A DNA stretch of 64,000 nt. Source: an uncultured Desulfobacter sp. (lineage in GTDB: Bacteria; Desulfobacterota; Desulfobacteria; Desulfobacterales; Desulfobacteraceae). The notes under the pieces were generated by a model. That model did not search any database and was not told the DNA's origin. It was given only the letters and a program-made list of their open reading frames with translations. A program made the position numbers and the translations under genes. Position 1 is the first letter of the stretch, and each line of letters starts with the position of its first letter. Where the stretch lies: assembly GCA_963665095.1 (NCBI GenBank), contig OY762069.1:3808001-3872000 (forward strand). Direction: 5' to 3'. Of this stretch, positions 1 to 8,887 are shown one piece after another.

Positions 1-1179
1 GCCTACACCTACACCCACGATCCCCTGGACAACATCACCCAGAAATCCACGGAACACGGGGACTATAATTACGATTACGACACCCTCCAGCGCCTGACAT
101 CAGCAGAGAACCCGGAAACCCTGACGGATGAAGCCTTTACCTACGACGCCGTGGGCAACCGTCTCACAGATGCAGAAAACATCGACGCATGGACCTATAA
201 CCAGAACAACGAACTTGAAACCCACACCAATACAAGTTATGAATACGATAACAACGGAAACACGGTCAAAAAGACGCTTAACGGGGCGACCACTCTGTTT
301 TTTTACAACCTGGATGACCGCCTTGAACGGGTAGAGAACGGCGCAGGCCAGGTCATCGCCAAATACGGCTACGATCCCTATGGCCGCAGATTGTGGAAAG
401 AAACCTCCGGCACCAAAACATACTTCATGTATGCCGACGAAGGCCTGATCGGAGAATATACAGCAACAGGCACAGAAACCAAAACCTACGGCTGGAAACC
501 CGGCTCAACCTGGGGCACTGATCCCTTGTTCATGAAAATCGGAAGCCAATACTACTTCTACTACAATGACCACCTCGGCACGCCTCAAAAAATGACATCC
601 ATCTCCGGAGCTGTTGTTTGGTCTGCTAAATACAGCTCTTTTGGAAAAGCTGAGGTTGATACGGATTCTACTGTTGAAAATAACTTTAGGTTCCCTGGCC
701 AATACTTCGACTCTGAAACTGAACTGCATTACAATTGGCACCGTTATTATGATCCTAAGACTGGCAGATACCTGACATCTGACCCTATTGGGCTTGACGG
801 TGGTATCAATTTATTTGCTTACGCCTCAAACAACCCACTAACCAATGTCGATTTCAATGGCCTTTTACGCATTAGTTATGGCAATTATTGTGGCCCTGGG
901 ACGAATTTAACCCGAGATATGGCGCCTATCGATGCCGTTGATGCAGCTTGTAAGGCTCATGACCTGTGTTACCAGAAATATGATATAGCGTGGAATAAAT
1001 CCAGAAATGTTCAGTGTCATAAAAGGGAGTGCGATAAACAATTCTATCTTGATCTCGGAAAAGCTTTACGGACAAAAAAATTAAGCCACATAGCAACTAG
1101 TTACGCAAGAGAAGCAAAAGGTTTATTTATATCTGCTTTTCGTGAGCCTTCCATGTATGAACGAAAGTGTTGCCCCTAA
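1..1179 (+). CDS. Rhs/YD-repeat polymorphic toxin, 3' part (open from base 1), with C-terminal phospholipase A2-like domain
   Basis: Frame open from position 1 (AYTYTHDPLDNIT...). YD repeats, Rhs core motifs DHLGTP, RFPGQYFD, HYNWHRYYDP, and SDPIGLDGG...DFNGL. Tip has YGNYCGPG and DAACKAHDLCY. Confidence 0.93.
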   Translation, partial: AYTYTHDPLDNITQKSTEHGDYNYDYDTLQRLTSAENPETLTDEAFTYDAVGNRLTDAENIDAWTYNQNNELETHTNTSYEYDNNGNTVKKTLNGATTLFFYNLDDRLERVENGAGQVIAKYGYDPYGRRLWKETSGTKTYFMYADEGLIGEYTATGTETKTYGWKPGSTWGTDPLFMKIGSQYYFYYNDHLGTPQKMTSISGAVVWSAKYSSFGKAEVDTDSTVENNFRFPGQYFDSETELHYNWHRYYDPKTGRYLTSDPIGLDGGINLFAYASNNPLTNVDFNGLLRISYGNYCGPGTNLTRDMAPIDAVDAACKAHDLCYQKYDIAWNKSRNVQCHKRECDKQFYLDLGKALRTKKLSHIATSYAREAKGLFISAFREPSMYERKCCP

Positions 1180-1193
1180 AGGAGCATTATAAT

Positions 1194-1508
1194 TTGGCAA
1201 AGTTAAACTCAAAAAATGGGATTACAATTTCTATGATTCTGGTTTTTCTTGCATTTATTGGATTTTATTTATTTAAAATTTTAGCCTTTGCAGCACAGGG
1301 TGGTTCTGGCTATAAAGTTAAAATTTTTTTTCAATTTTTGTTGTTTCTAATTGAATTCATAGGGGTTTACGGAGTAATGGTTCCTGTTATAGGAATAATA
1401 AATGATTTTTCCCAAAAACCAAAGATTAGTTGGACTATGCTTACGTCATTTTCTTTCATATTAGCACTTATTGTATTTTTAATAACGAGGCACCATATTG
1501 GGCTGTAA
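1194..1508 (+). CDS. Putative immunity protein, small AT-rich membrane protein (~3 hydrophobic segments)
   Basis: Directly after the toxin stop. AAGGAG (1179-1184) lies 9 nt before an in-frame TTG at 1194 (track starts at 1167). Hydrophobic; position typical of Rhs immunity genes. Confidence 0.6.
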   Translation: MAKLNSKNGITISMILVFLAFIGFYLFKILAFAAQGGSGYKVKIFFQFLLFLIEFIGVYGVMVPVIGIINDFSQKPKISWTMLTSFSFILALIVFLITRHHIGL

Positions 1509-1665
1509 ATGTTACCGTTAAAAATATAGTCTTACTTTTTGCCAAATTACATATTCATAAAAATAAATATAATGAATTGCTTTCTTTTTTCCAAAAATGA
1601 ATTCTGTGGCGTTCAGTTTCAGGAGGCAAACATTAAAAGGTCCATGTCCTTTTTTTATGAAGGGC

Positions 1666-2100
1666 TCAGGGTAATTTATCAACAAAAATTTTAGCAGTAA
1701 TAATCTGTATGCCCTGGTAGTGTTTCAGTTCAAGGAGATGATTATCTCCAGAAACGATAAAGTCGGCTTTGGCCTCCAAGGCACAGGCCAGGAACTTGTT
1801 GTCGTCAGGGTCGGTCTTGAGCCTGTCAGTTTTGTACCGGTCCCGGGTCACAACAAAGGCCCGCTCCCGGATTAGATCAATGATCTCATCCTCTTCGCCC
1901 TTATGAACAAACAGCTTTTCATGGAGGTAAGGCTTTTGGAGGGTGGCTTTGATTTCAGCCAGGATTTGGTCTGATACGGCCAGTTCAAAGGCCTGGGCAA
2001 GCCATAGCTGCTGAAGTTGATAGGCGTTGCCCTTTTGAGCGAACAGGCCAGAGACAAAGAGGTTGGTGTCGATAACAGCCCTAAGCGTTTTGTTCTTCAA
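1666..2100 (-). CDS. PIN-domain (VapC-like) toxin of a putative toxin-antitoxin pair
   Basis: RAVIDTNLFVSGL, DPDDNKFLACALEAKADFIVSGDNHLL motifs; overlaps upstream XRE gene. Confidence 0.9.
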   Translation of the reverse strand: MKNKTLRAVIDTNLFVSGLFAQKGNAYQLQQLWLAQAFELAVSDQILAEIKATLQKPYLHEKLFVHKGEEDEIIDLIRERAFVVTRDRYKTDRLKTDPDDNKFLACALEAKADFIVSGDNHLLELKHYQGIQIITAKIFVDKLP

Positions 2101-2578
2101 GCCTTACCGCCTGTACCGCCTGATCCACAACCTGCATGATCTGATCTTCAGAATAGCCTTTGGCACGCTTGCGCAGCTTAGACAGAGTCTGGCGCATCCG
2201 ATCTTCCCAGGGCTCCTCTTTTTTAGGCTTGATGACGTCCTGTACCTTGTTTTTGATGATAATGGCTTCGATCAGGATTTTGATTGTCCTCTTGCTCTCC
2301 GCGTCCATACGTTCTACTTCCTTAAACTTTTCAAACAGATCAAGATCCTCGATCTGGCTGAGGCCGTCCTTGGGGACATTGTCAAAAATCAGATAGTCCG
2401 CGCTGGTTTCAAGGCCTTCTGCGATTTTTCTCAATGTGTCTGCCGTGGGGATGATCCTGCCGTTCTCGTATTTGCTCAACAGCTTTGAATTTACCCCGGA
2501 TTTTTTCTCCAGCAGTACCTGGGACAACCCCTTCTCCTGCCGCAGCATTCTTATTTTTTCTCCCAGAGATGGTGTCAT
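2081..2578 (-). CDS. XRE-family HTH regulator with C-terminal extension; probable antitoxin
   Basis: LGEKIRMLRQEKGLSQ...SKYENGRIIP...IAEGLETSADYL HTH. ATG at 2578 follows AGGAGG (track uses upstream TTG 2629). Confidence 0.85.
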   Translation of the reverse strand: MTPSLGEKIRMLRQEKGLSQVLLEKKSGVNSKLLSKYENGRIIPTADTLRKIAEGLETSADYLIFDNVPKDGLSQIEDLDLFEKFKEVERMDAESKRTIKILIEAIIIKNKVQDVIKPKKEEPWEDRMRQTLSKLRKRAKGYSEDQIMQVVDQAVQAVRLEEQNA

Positions 2579-2782
2579 ACACTGAACCTCCTGTAAGTGT
2601 GTTTCATCTATTATATCACACAATCCCAAAAAGTCTTTATCCCAATGAAAAATGATTTTATCTTAACAATAGAAAATATGCCTATATTTTGTAAATAGTA
2701 TCTTATATACCACCTTATATAGTGTTATATGTGCTATATTATCTCAATAAGAATTGCAAATACTTTTTAAAACGTACGAATT

Positions 2783-2834
2783 AAAAAAAAGGCCATCAAC
2801 TCCAACTCGCCAAAGTTTACCAGTTGATGGTCTT
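2783..2834 (-). terminator. Intrinsic terminator-like hairpin with U8 tail
   Basis: Arms aaggccatcaact / agttgatggtctt beside A8 at 2783-2790 (U8 on minus strand). Confidence 0.55.
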
Positions 2835-2939
2835 GAGAACAGTTTACAAAGGGGGCAAGTCCGTTTGCAACCGCTTTTCTTCTCTATTTCACCTCCTTCA
2901 AAGGTTATGATTCAGTCTCAGGCCGGGAATTCCGACATT

Positions 2940-4571
2940 CAATACATAGAATTGGGATCAGAGAACTGGTCCATGGACATAATCCTGAACCAGGGAAGCC
3001 TATTGTGCACTGGTTCTGAACGGTGAAAAAGTTGGGGAACATTCAAATCAGACTTCCTGGGCCCACACTGTAACGCTGGAGACAGGGCAGAACATATTTA
3101 CATTTGCTCTGGAAGACCGGGCAGGCAATATTTCTGATTCAGCCACGGCAGAGATCTTTTTTGGCAATACTCCGCCTCCTGCCGTTGACAACCTGTCCAT
3201 TAATCCTGACGGAGACGGCAGAACCGTTGCCCTGGACTGGCAGGGGTCTGATGAAAGTATCCATGGAGATGTGGAAGGCTACAGGATTTATGCGCAGCCC
3301 AATGCATTCACATCCGTTTCCAGCCTGACTGCCATTAAAACAATTGATGCCGGAACGTTTAAAACCTCAATCACCGGCCTGAACCGTAACACCCGGTACT
3401 GGATTGCAGTTGTCGCCTTTGATCATGCGGGCAACTGCCAAACCCAGGCAACGCCTGTTGAGACCAAACCTGTGGATATCATTCCACCGGAACCGCCCCA
3501 AGCGTTGACTGTCAAGTGTTTTGAAACCCACCTGCTTCTTGGCTTTTCCCCTTCGGCAAACACGAACGCAGATCTTGCCGGATACAACATTTTTTAACCA
3601 TTACCCCGAACAACGGCATCCCCATATCCGTCACCCTGAAACAGCAAAGCGACATGATTTATGAAGGCAGTTTCACCATTGCAAACACCACGCCCTCGGG
3701 CACGGCCTATGCCGTATTCTCCGCCAGGGATATGGCCGGCAAAAGGGGCACAGAGATCCTGTCCGGCGGCCAGATCCTGATCGACACCCGGGGGCCGGTT
3801 GTCTCCCGCCTTGAGATAGCCCCTGCCTCCCCGGTTAAAAACGATTATGACAATCCTGTGGCCATGACATTCATCCTCGGCCTGACCGAACAAGTTAAAA
3901 CAGGGACCACTCCGTCTGTCACCCTGACGCTTTCCGCCACAGGCGATGTGCCGGATACCGCCGTGATCACCCCGGCTGATCCTGAGACCGGCGAAGGCCA
4001 GGCCTGGCAGGCCGTTATCACCCTGCCCAAAGAAGCCGGACAGGCCGATGCAGAAACCGCCACCATTCAATTCTCGGGCCGGGACGATCTTGATAACCTC
4101 AGCACTGCCATTACGCCTGTCAACCAGTTCCAGGTCTACCAGGGCGGACTGCCGCCCCTGGCACCACCGTCGTCTCTGACAGCAAAAGCCGCGGCCGGCG
4201 GTATCATCACCCTCACCTGGGATGCCGTGGAAGATGCCGCAGGCTACCAGATTTACTGTAAAGCCCCGGGTGAGGCAGACCTGACACTGCTGGAAACAAT
4301 TGAAGCAACAACCACCCACACCCACCAGACAACCCTCGACGGTACCTACACCTATGCCGTGGCCACCATCAGGATAGAAAACCAGGAAGAGTCCGTCTCG
4401 GGCTTAAGCGACACTGTCACGGCCAGTGCCGATGCCACAGCCCCCAATGCCCGGAACACTGTATACGTGCGCCTGGAAATTGACCATATATACAACAGCC
4501 TGGGTCAGGACAGCCGGCCCGGACATTTCACCTGTGCACCCCTGAAGATAAAGACAAGTTTCGATTTCTAA
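2940..4571 (+). pseudogene. Fragmented remnant of a large FN3/Ig-like repeat extracellular protein
   Basis: FN3-like segments (VALDWQG..VEGYRIY, YWIAVVAFDHAGN, ITLTWDAVEDAAGYQIY, YTYAVAT) in different frames, with breaks near 2990 and 3590. No start or signal peptide. Confidence 0.7.
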
Positions 4572-5118
4572 TGATTTATATTGATCCGGAGTGGTTTTTC
4601 AATGAGTTCGGATTTAAAGCCCACAGGGCGCGCCCCTTAGCGGTGTAAAGTGGACCCCGTCCCAGGTGAAGATGAAACAACATTTTATTTCCCAGTTCAA
4701 TGACCCTTGCGATCCATTTATCCTGGAAAGCGAAACACTGATATTTATCGGTGCCATGCTGCTTGAGGTTTTTGGAATAAAAGAGTCCGCAAAAACCTTT
4801 CCCGGCACCGACAATGATCTTGCCGCTGTTAAAACCTTTCTTGATGAACATTTCCGCGACCCCATCCAGCTTGACACCCTTGCCGGACAATACCCGAAAA
4901 GCAAATTTGCCCTGTTGAGAAATTTTAAAAAAGCCTATGAACTGCCTCCCCATGCCTACCTTTTAAACCTGCGTGTCAATGAATCCAAACGGCTGTTACT
5001 TAAGGGACACAGTGTGGCGGATACGGCAGTGGCCTGCGGTTTTTTTGACCAGAGCCATTTTATCAAGACCTTTAAGCGGTATGTGGGGATGAATCCGACT
5101 AATTATCAGGGATCGTGA
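4571..5118 (+). pseudogene. AraC-family regulator, N-terminally truncated/frameshifted
   Basis: Intact C-terminal HTH (FKKAYELPPHAYL...CGFFDQSHFIKTFKRYVGMNP). MIYIDPEWF-like ligand-domain piece at 4571 is in another frame. Confidence 0.65.
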
Positions 5119-5246
5119 ACAATCTTTAATTCTGCAATTTTTTACAATCCAGACATCTATATTTCCTCTTATAAAATTGACAAAAAACCGCATGGGTATC
5201 ACAAACCTTTGCATCATTAAACGGATAAAAGATAAGGAAAAACACC

Positions 5247-5651
5247 ATGGATAAAATTGTCATGATTGTGAATAAAGCACTGCCCACAGGGCTTGCGGCC
5301 AATACCGCCGCAGTGCTGGGCATCAGCCTGGGCACACAACGAAAAGATATTGTGGGCGCGGCCTGCGTGGATAAAACCGGGGTCTGCCACAAAGGGATCA
5401 CAGAACAAAATATCCCGGTACTGGCTGCACCCCCCGATGATTTAAATCACATTTACCGCAAATCCATAGACAATGACCAAATCAACGTGATTGATTTCAG
5501 CAAAACAGCCCAAGCCTGCCGTAACTATAAGGAGTATACATCAACGCTATCAACAATTGAAAACAAGGACCTTGAATTCTCAGGTCTCTGCCTTTCAGGA
5601 CCTGAAAAAGAGATTATATCACTTACCGGCTCACTGGCATTGTTCCGGTAG
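5247..5651 (+). CDS. DUF2000-family protein
   Basis: KIVMIVNKALPTGLAANTAAVLGISLG...H.GI..IPVL pattern; AAGGA RBS. Confidence 0.75.
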   Translation: MDKIVMIVNKALPTGLAANTAAVLGISLGTQRKDIVGAACVDKTGVCHKGITEQNIPVLAAPPDDLNHIYRKSIDNDQINVIDFSKTAQACRNYKEYTSTLSTIENKDLEFSGLCLSGPEKEIISLTGSLALFR

Positions 5652-5659
5652 GCCTTAAA

Positions 5660-6211
5660 AGGAAGAGATCATGGATTCAAGATATTGAACTGCAGAACAG
5701 GCAGCGCCCGGTTCCCGGATTCTTTGACCTGGTGGACACACCTGTTGAAATAGATACCTTTTTAGCCCATGGCCAGATCCTCCAGGCAGCCCCCAATATC
5801 ACAATGGAAATCATCCATGCCCCGGGACACTCTCCAGGCAGCCTGAACATCCTGTTTCAGGAGGCGGGTATCTTTTTTACGGCGGATTCCATCCCCGTGG
5901 TCAACGATATCCCCAACTATGACAGTTTTACAGATCTGAACCAGACCTTGAAAAAAATCAGAACAAAAAAAATGTTCAAACACTTCTCTCCTCCTGGAAA
6001 CATGCTGTAACCACCCCTGAAGAGATCCGATCATTTATAGAACAGGGAGCAACCTATATAAAGGATCTGGATGAAGTGGTAAAGCGTGTATATGTGGGAA
6101 AGGAGGCAGCGCCACTTGAGTTCTGCAAAAAAAACAATATCCATGCTGGGCCTTCCTCCCTTTTATGTCAATCCTCTGGTAGACAAGGCATTTAAAGGAT
6201 ATATCAAATGA
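5660..6211 (+). pseudogene. MBL-fold metallo-hydrolase remnant (N-terminus missing, two frameshifts)
   Basis: HAPGHSPGS and FTADSIP motifs. Reading continues across A8 runs at 5965-5972 and 6127-6134 to a TGA at 6209-6211 overlapping the next ATG. HxHxDH region absent. Confidence 0.75.
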
Positions 6212-6498
6212 AAAGAGTTGTTTTTGTGGTGTTGATCCATAAAATCAGCAACCAACAAATGTACGAGCAGTACATCCAACTGGTGGTCGAAATTATAAAT
6301 GCCCACCATGGTGAATACCTTGCCAGGAGCAACAGAATCACCCCTTTTTGCGGCAAACAGCCCCAGCGGTCAATCATTATCGGCTTTGATACCATGGAAC
6401 AAGCCCTTAAATGTTTTTCATCCAAGGCTTACTCGGCAATAAAGCCCCTGCGTGAGAACAGCACCACTTCAACTGCTTTTTTTCTGGAAAATCCCTGA
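6208..6498 (+). CDS. DUF1330-family protein
   Basis: YEQYI..V..II.AHHGEYLAR...IIIGFDTMEQA..CF.S.AY..IKPLR pattern. Confidence 0.75.
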   Translation: MKRVVFVVLIHKISNQQMYEQYIQLVVEIINAHHGEYLARSNRITPFCGKQPQRSIIIGFDTMEQALKCFSSKAYSAIKPLRENSTTSTAFFLENP

Positions 6499-6521
6499 AC
6501 CCTTGAAAAAAAATTATCCAT

Positions 6522-6564
6522 CTTGATTCAGATCAAGGTTTTGCTTTTGTGCTCATGGTAGCCT
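6522..6564 (+). promoter_or_regulatory. FNR/CRP-family (HcpR-type) box TTGAT-N4-ATCAA with extended -10 for hcp
   Basis: cTTGATtcagATCAAg at 6522-6537; TGnTAGCCT at 6556-6564 puts the box near -41.5. Confidence 0.8.
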
Positions 6565-6621
6565 GCTCCTGAAGTTAAGGAAAAAATAAAACCACCAACA
6601 TTCAGGACGAAAGGAGTCACC

Positions 6622-8265
6622 ATGTTTTGTTTTCAATGCCAGGAAGCAGCTAAAAACCAGGGCTGCACAATCAAGGGAATGTGCGGAAAGGAAAACACCA
6701 CAGCCAATCTGCAGGATCTTCTGATCTACAATCTCAAAGGGATTGCCGTGATTGCCGAAAGCTTAAAGGCTGCGGGTACTGATGTTCCGGATTCTGCCCC
6801 GGCGTTCATGGGCCAGGCACTTTTTACCACCATCACCAATGCCAATTTCAACGATGAAAACCTTATTGACTGGATCATGAGGGCACAAGCCGTTAAGAAC
6901 GAGCTGGCCGATGCCGCCGGAGAAAAGCTTACGCAAGGTCTTCACCACAGCGCCGGCTGGTACAGCGATGATCCGGCATCCTTCCAGGCCAAAGCGGAAA
7001 CCGTAGGGGTGATGGCCACGGAAGATGAAGATGTCCGCTCTCTGCGGGAACTTTTAATTCTGGGTCTTAAAGGGGTGGCAGCCTATGCCGACCACGCTGC
7101 TGTCCTGGGAGTGGAAAAACAGGAGATCTGGGATTTTCTCATCCAGGGAATGGCCAGCACCACCAAGGATCTGCCTTTAGATGACATGGTAGGACTGGTG
7201 CTGAAATGCGGCGAGGTGGCCGTAACCACCATGGCAGCGTTGGATGAAGCCAACACAAATGCATACGGCCATCCGGAACTCTCCGAGGTCAACATCGGGG
7301 TAGGCTCCAATCCCGGAATTCTCATCTCCGGCCATGATCTCAAGGATATGGAAGAGCTGCTGGAGCAGACCAGGGATACGGGCGTGGATATATACACCCA
7401 CGGGGAAATGCTGCCTGCCAACTACTATCCGGCCTTTAAAAAGTATGCCCATCTCAAGGGCAACTACGGCGGTTCCTGGTGGCACCAGAACACGGAATTC
7501 CAGGCCTTTAACGGCCCTATCCTTCTGACCACCAACTGCCTGGTTCCTTTGAAAAAAGAGAATACCTACCTGGACCGGCTCTATACCACAGGGGTACCGT
7601 CCTACCCCGGCGCCACCCACATTGCAGACCGGCCCAGAGGCGGGGCAAAAGATTTCTCCGCCCTCATTGCCCGGGCCAAAACCTGCGCACCACCCACGGA
7701 AATTGAAACAGGAAAAATTGTTGGCGGGTTTGCACGCAACCAGGTGCTGGCCCTTGCCGATAAAGTGGTGGATGCAGTCAAAACCGGGGCCATTAAACGC
7801 TTTGTGGTCATGGCAGGCTGCGACGGCCGCCAGAAAGGCAGAAACTATTTTACCGAAGTGGCCCAAACCCTGCCCGAGGATGCCGTGATCCTCACCGCAG
7901 GCTGCGCCAAGTACCGGTACAACAAGCTTGATTTAGGTGACATCGGCGGAATTCCAAGGCTATTGGATGCCGGCCAGTGCAACGACTGCTACTCTTTGGC
8001 CGTGATTGCCCTGAAACTTAAAGAGGTGTTCGGCCTGGAAGATATTAATGAGCTGCCGCTCTCCTTTGATATCGGCTGGTATGAACAAAAGGCCGTGGCC
8101 GTTCTTTTAGCCCTGCTCCACCTGGGTGTGAAAGGGATCCGTCTTGGGCCGACACTGCCGGCCTTTATCTCCCCTGCGGTACTCAATGTACTGGTGAAAA
8201 ATTTTGACATCAAACCCATTACCGAGCCGGAAGCCGATGTGGCTGCCATCATGGCCGGAAAATAA
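6622..8265 (+). CDS. hcp: Hybrid cluster protein (hydroxylamine/NO reductase)
   Basis: [10 protein letters not shown]...GMCGK, GHDL, THGEMLP, GCDG, GQCND, WYEQKAV motifs. Confidence 0.97.
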   Translation: MFCFQCQEAAKNQGCTIKGMCGKENTTANLQDLLIYNLKGIAVIAESLKAAGTDVPDSAPAFMGQALFTTITNANFNDENLIDWIMRAQAVKNELADAAGEKLTQGLHHSAGWYSDDPASFQAKAETVGVMATEDEDVRSLRELLILGLKGVAAYADHAAVLGVEKQEIWDFLIQGMASTTKDLPLDDMVGLVLKCGEVAVTTMAALDEANTNAYGHPELSEVNIGVGSNPGILISGHDLKDMEELLEQTRDTGVDIYTHGEMLPANYYPAFKKYAHLKGNYGGSWWHQNTEFQAFNGPILLTTNCLVPLKKENTYLDRLYTTGVPSYPGATHIADRPRGGAKDFSALIARAKTCAPPTEIETGKIVGGFARNQVLALADKVVDAVKTGAIKRFVVMAGCDGRQKGRNYFTEVAQTLPEDAVILTAGCAKYRYNKLDLGDIGGIPRLLDAGQCNDCYSLAVIALKLKEVFGLEDINELPLSFDIGWYEQKAVAVLLALLHLGVKGIRLGPTLPAFISPAVLNVLVKNFDIKPITEPEADVAAIMAGK

Positions 8266-8346
8266 AAGAACGTTGTGCGCTGCCCGGAACACCTTTGCTC
8301 CGGGCAGCCATGCCTGAAATATAGGATAGAACACAGGAGGGATGCC

Positions 8347-8696
8347 ATGAAACAGATCCAGAAAAATGCGACGTCTGCGGTGCCTGCGTACCGTCATGCG
8401 CCGAAGGGGCCATCCGGATCGTAGATGGTAAGACAAAAGTTGTTGCCGACAAATATTGCGACGGATTAGGCGCCTGTTTAGGAGAGTGCCCCCAATTTGA
8501 TGATGCAGCGCTCTATGTGGAGAAACTGTCCCAGATCTTTGCCCGGGACGGCATCAAATCCGTCACCGTCGTGGTTATGGAAGTACCCTGCTGCTCGGGT
8601 ATGCCGAAAATCATTGAAAAGGCCATGGAGAAGGCAGGTGTTGAAATTCCTTTAAAAACTATAGTGGTCTCCGCAAAGGGAGAGGTTCTGTTATAA
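8347..8696 (+). pseudogene. hcp-associated 4Fe-4S protein, internally deleted and out of frame with its start
   Basis: AGGAGG-ATG at 8347 is out of frame with 8355-8696: DPEKCDVCGACVPSCAEGAI...CDGLGACLGECPQ joined directly to FDDAALYVEKL...MEVPCCSG. Confidence 0.75.
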
Positions 8697-8752
8697 TCCG
8701 GGACCAGAACAACTTGTAGCACTTTCCCACCCGGCCACAGCATAATAAATAA

Positions 8753-8797
8753 GAATCAAAATGGTACCAGGGATTAAATTCTCTGCCATTTTGATTC
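8753..8797. terminator. Hairpin between convergent transcription units
   Basis: 12-bp inverted repeat gaatcaaaatgg / ccattttgattc. Confidence 0.55.
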
Positions 8798-8887
8798 ATT
8801 TTAAAGGGGAATCGCTGGCAGCTGAGGCCCGAAAGTGGGCCCGGCTAAATCGTGAACAGTGTAAAGACTTAAAAGGTGCCCCGGCCT

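Noticed and set aside
2700..2745. TTATAT repeats as iterons or operators
   Set aside because: Irregular spacing in very AT-rich DNA; not distinguishable from chance.
4625..4660. IS end or REP at agggcgcgcccct / tgtaaagtggacccc
   Set aside because: No partner inverted repeat, target duplication or transposase; treated as a junction in the AraC remnant.
8279..8308. Terminator after hcp
   Set aside because: 10-bp stem present but no U tract; more likely an mRNA-stabilising hairpin.
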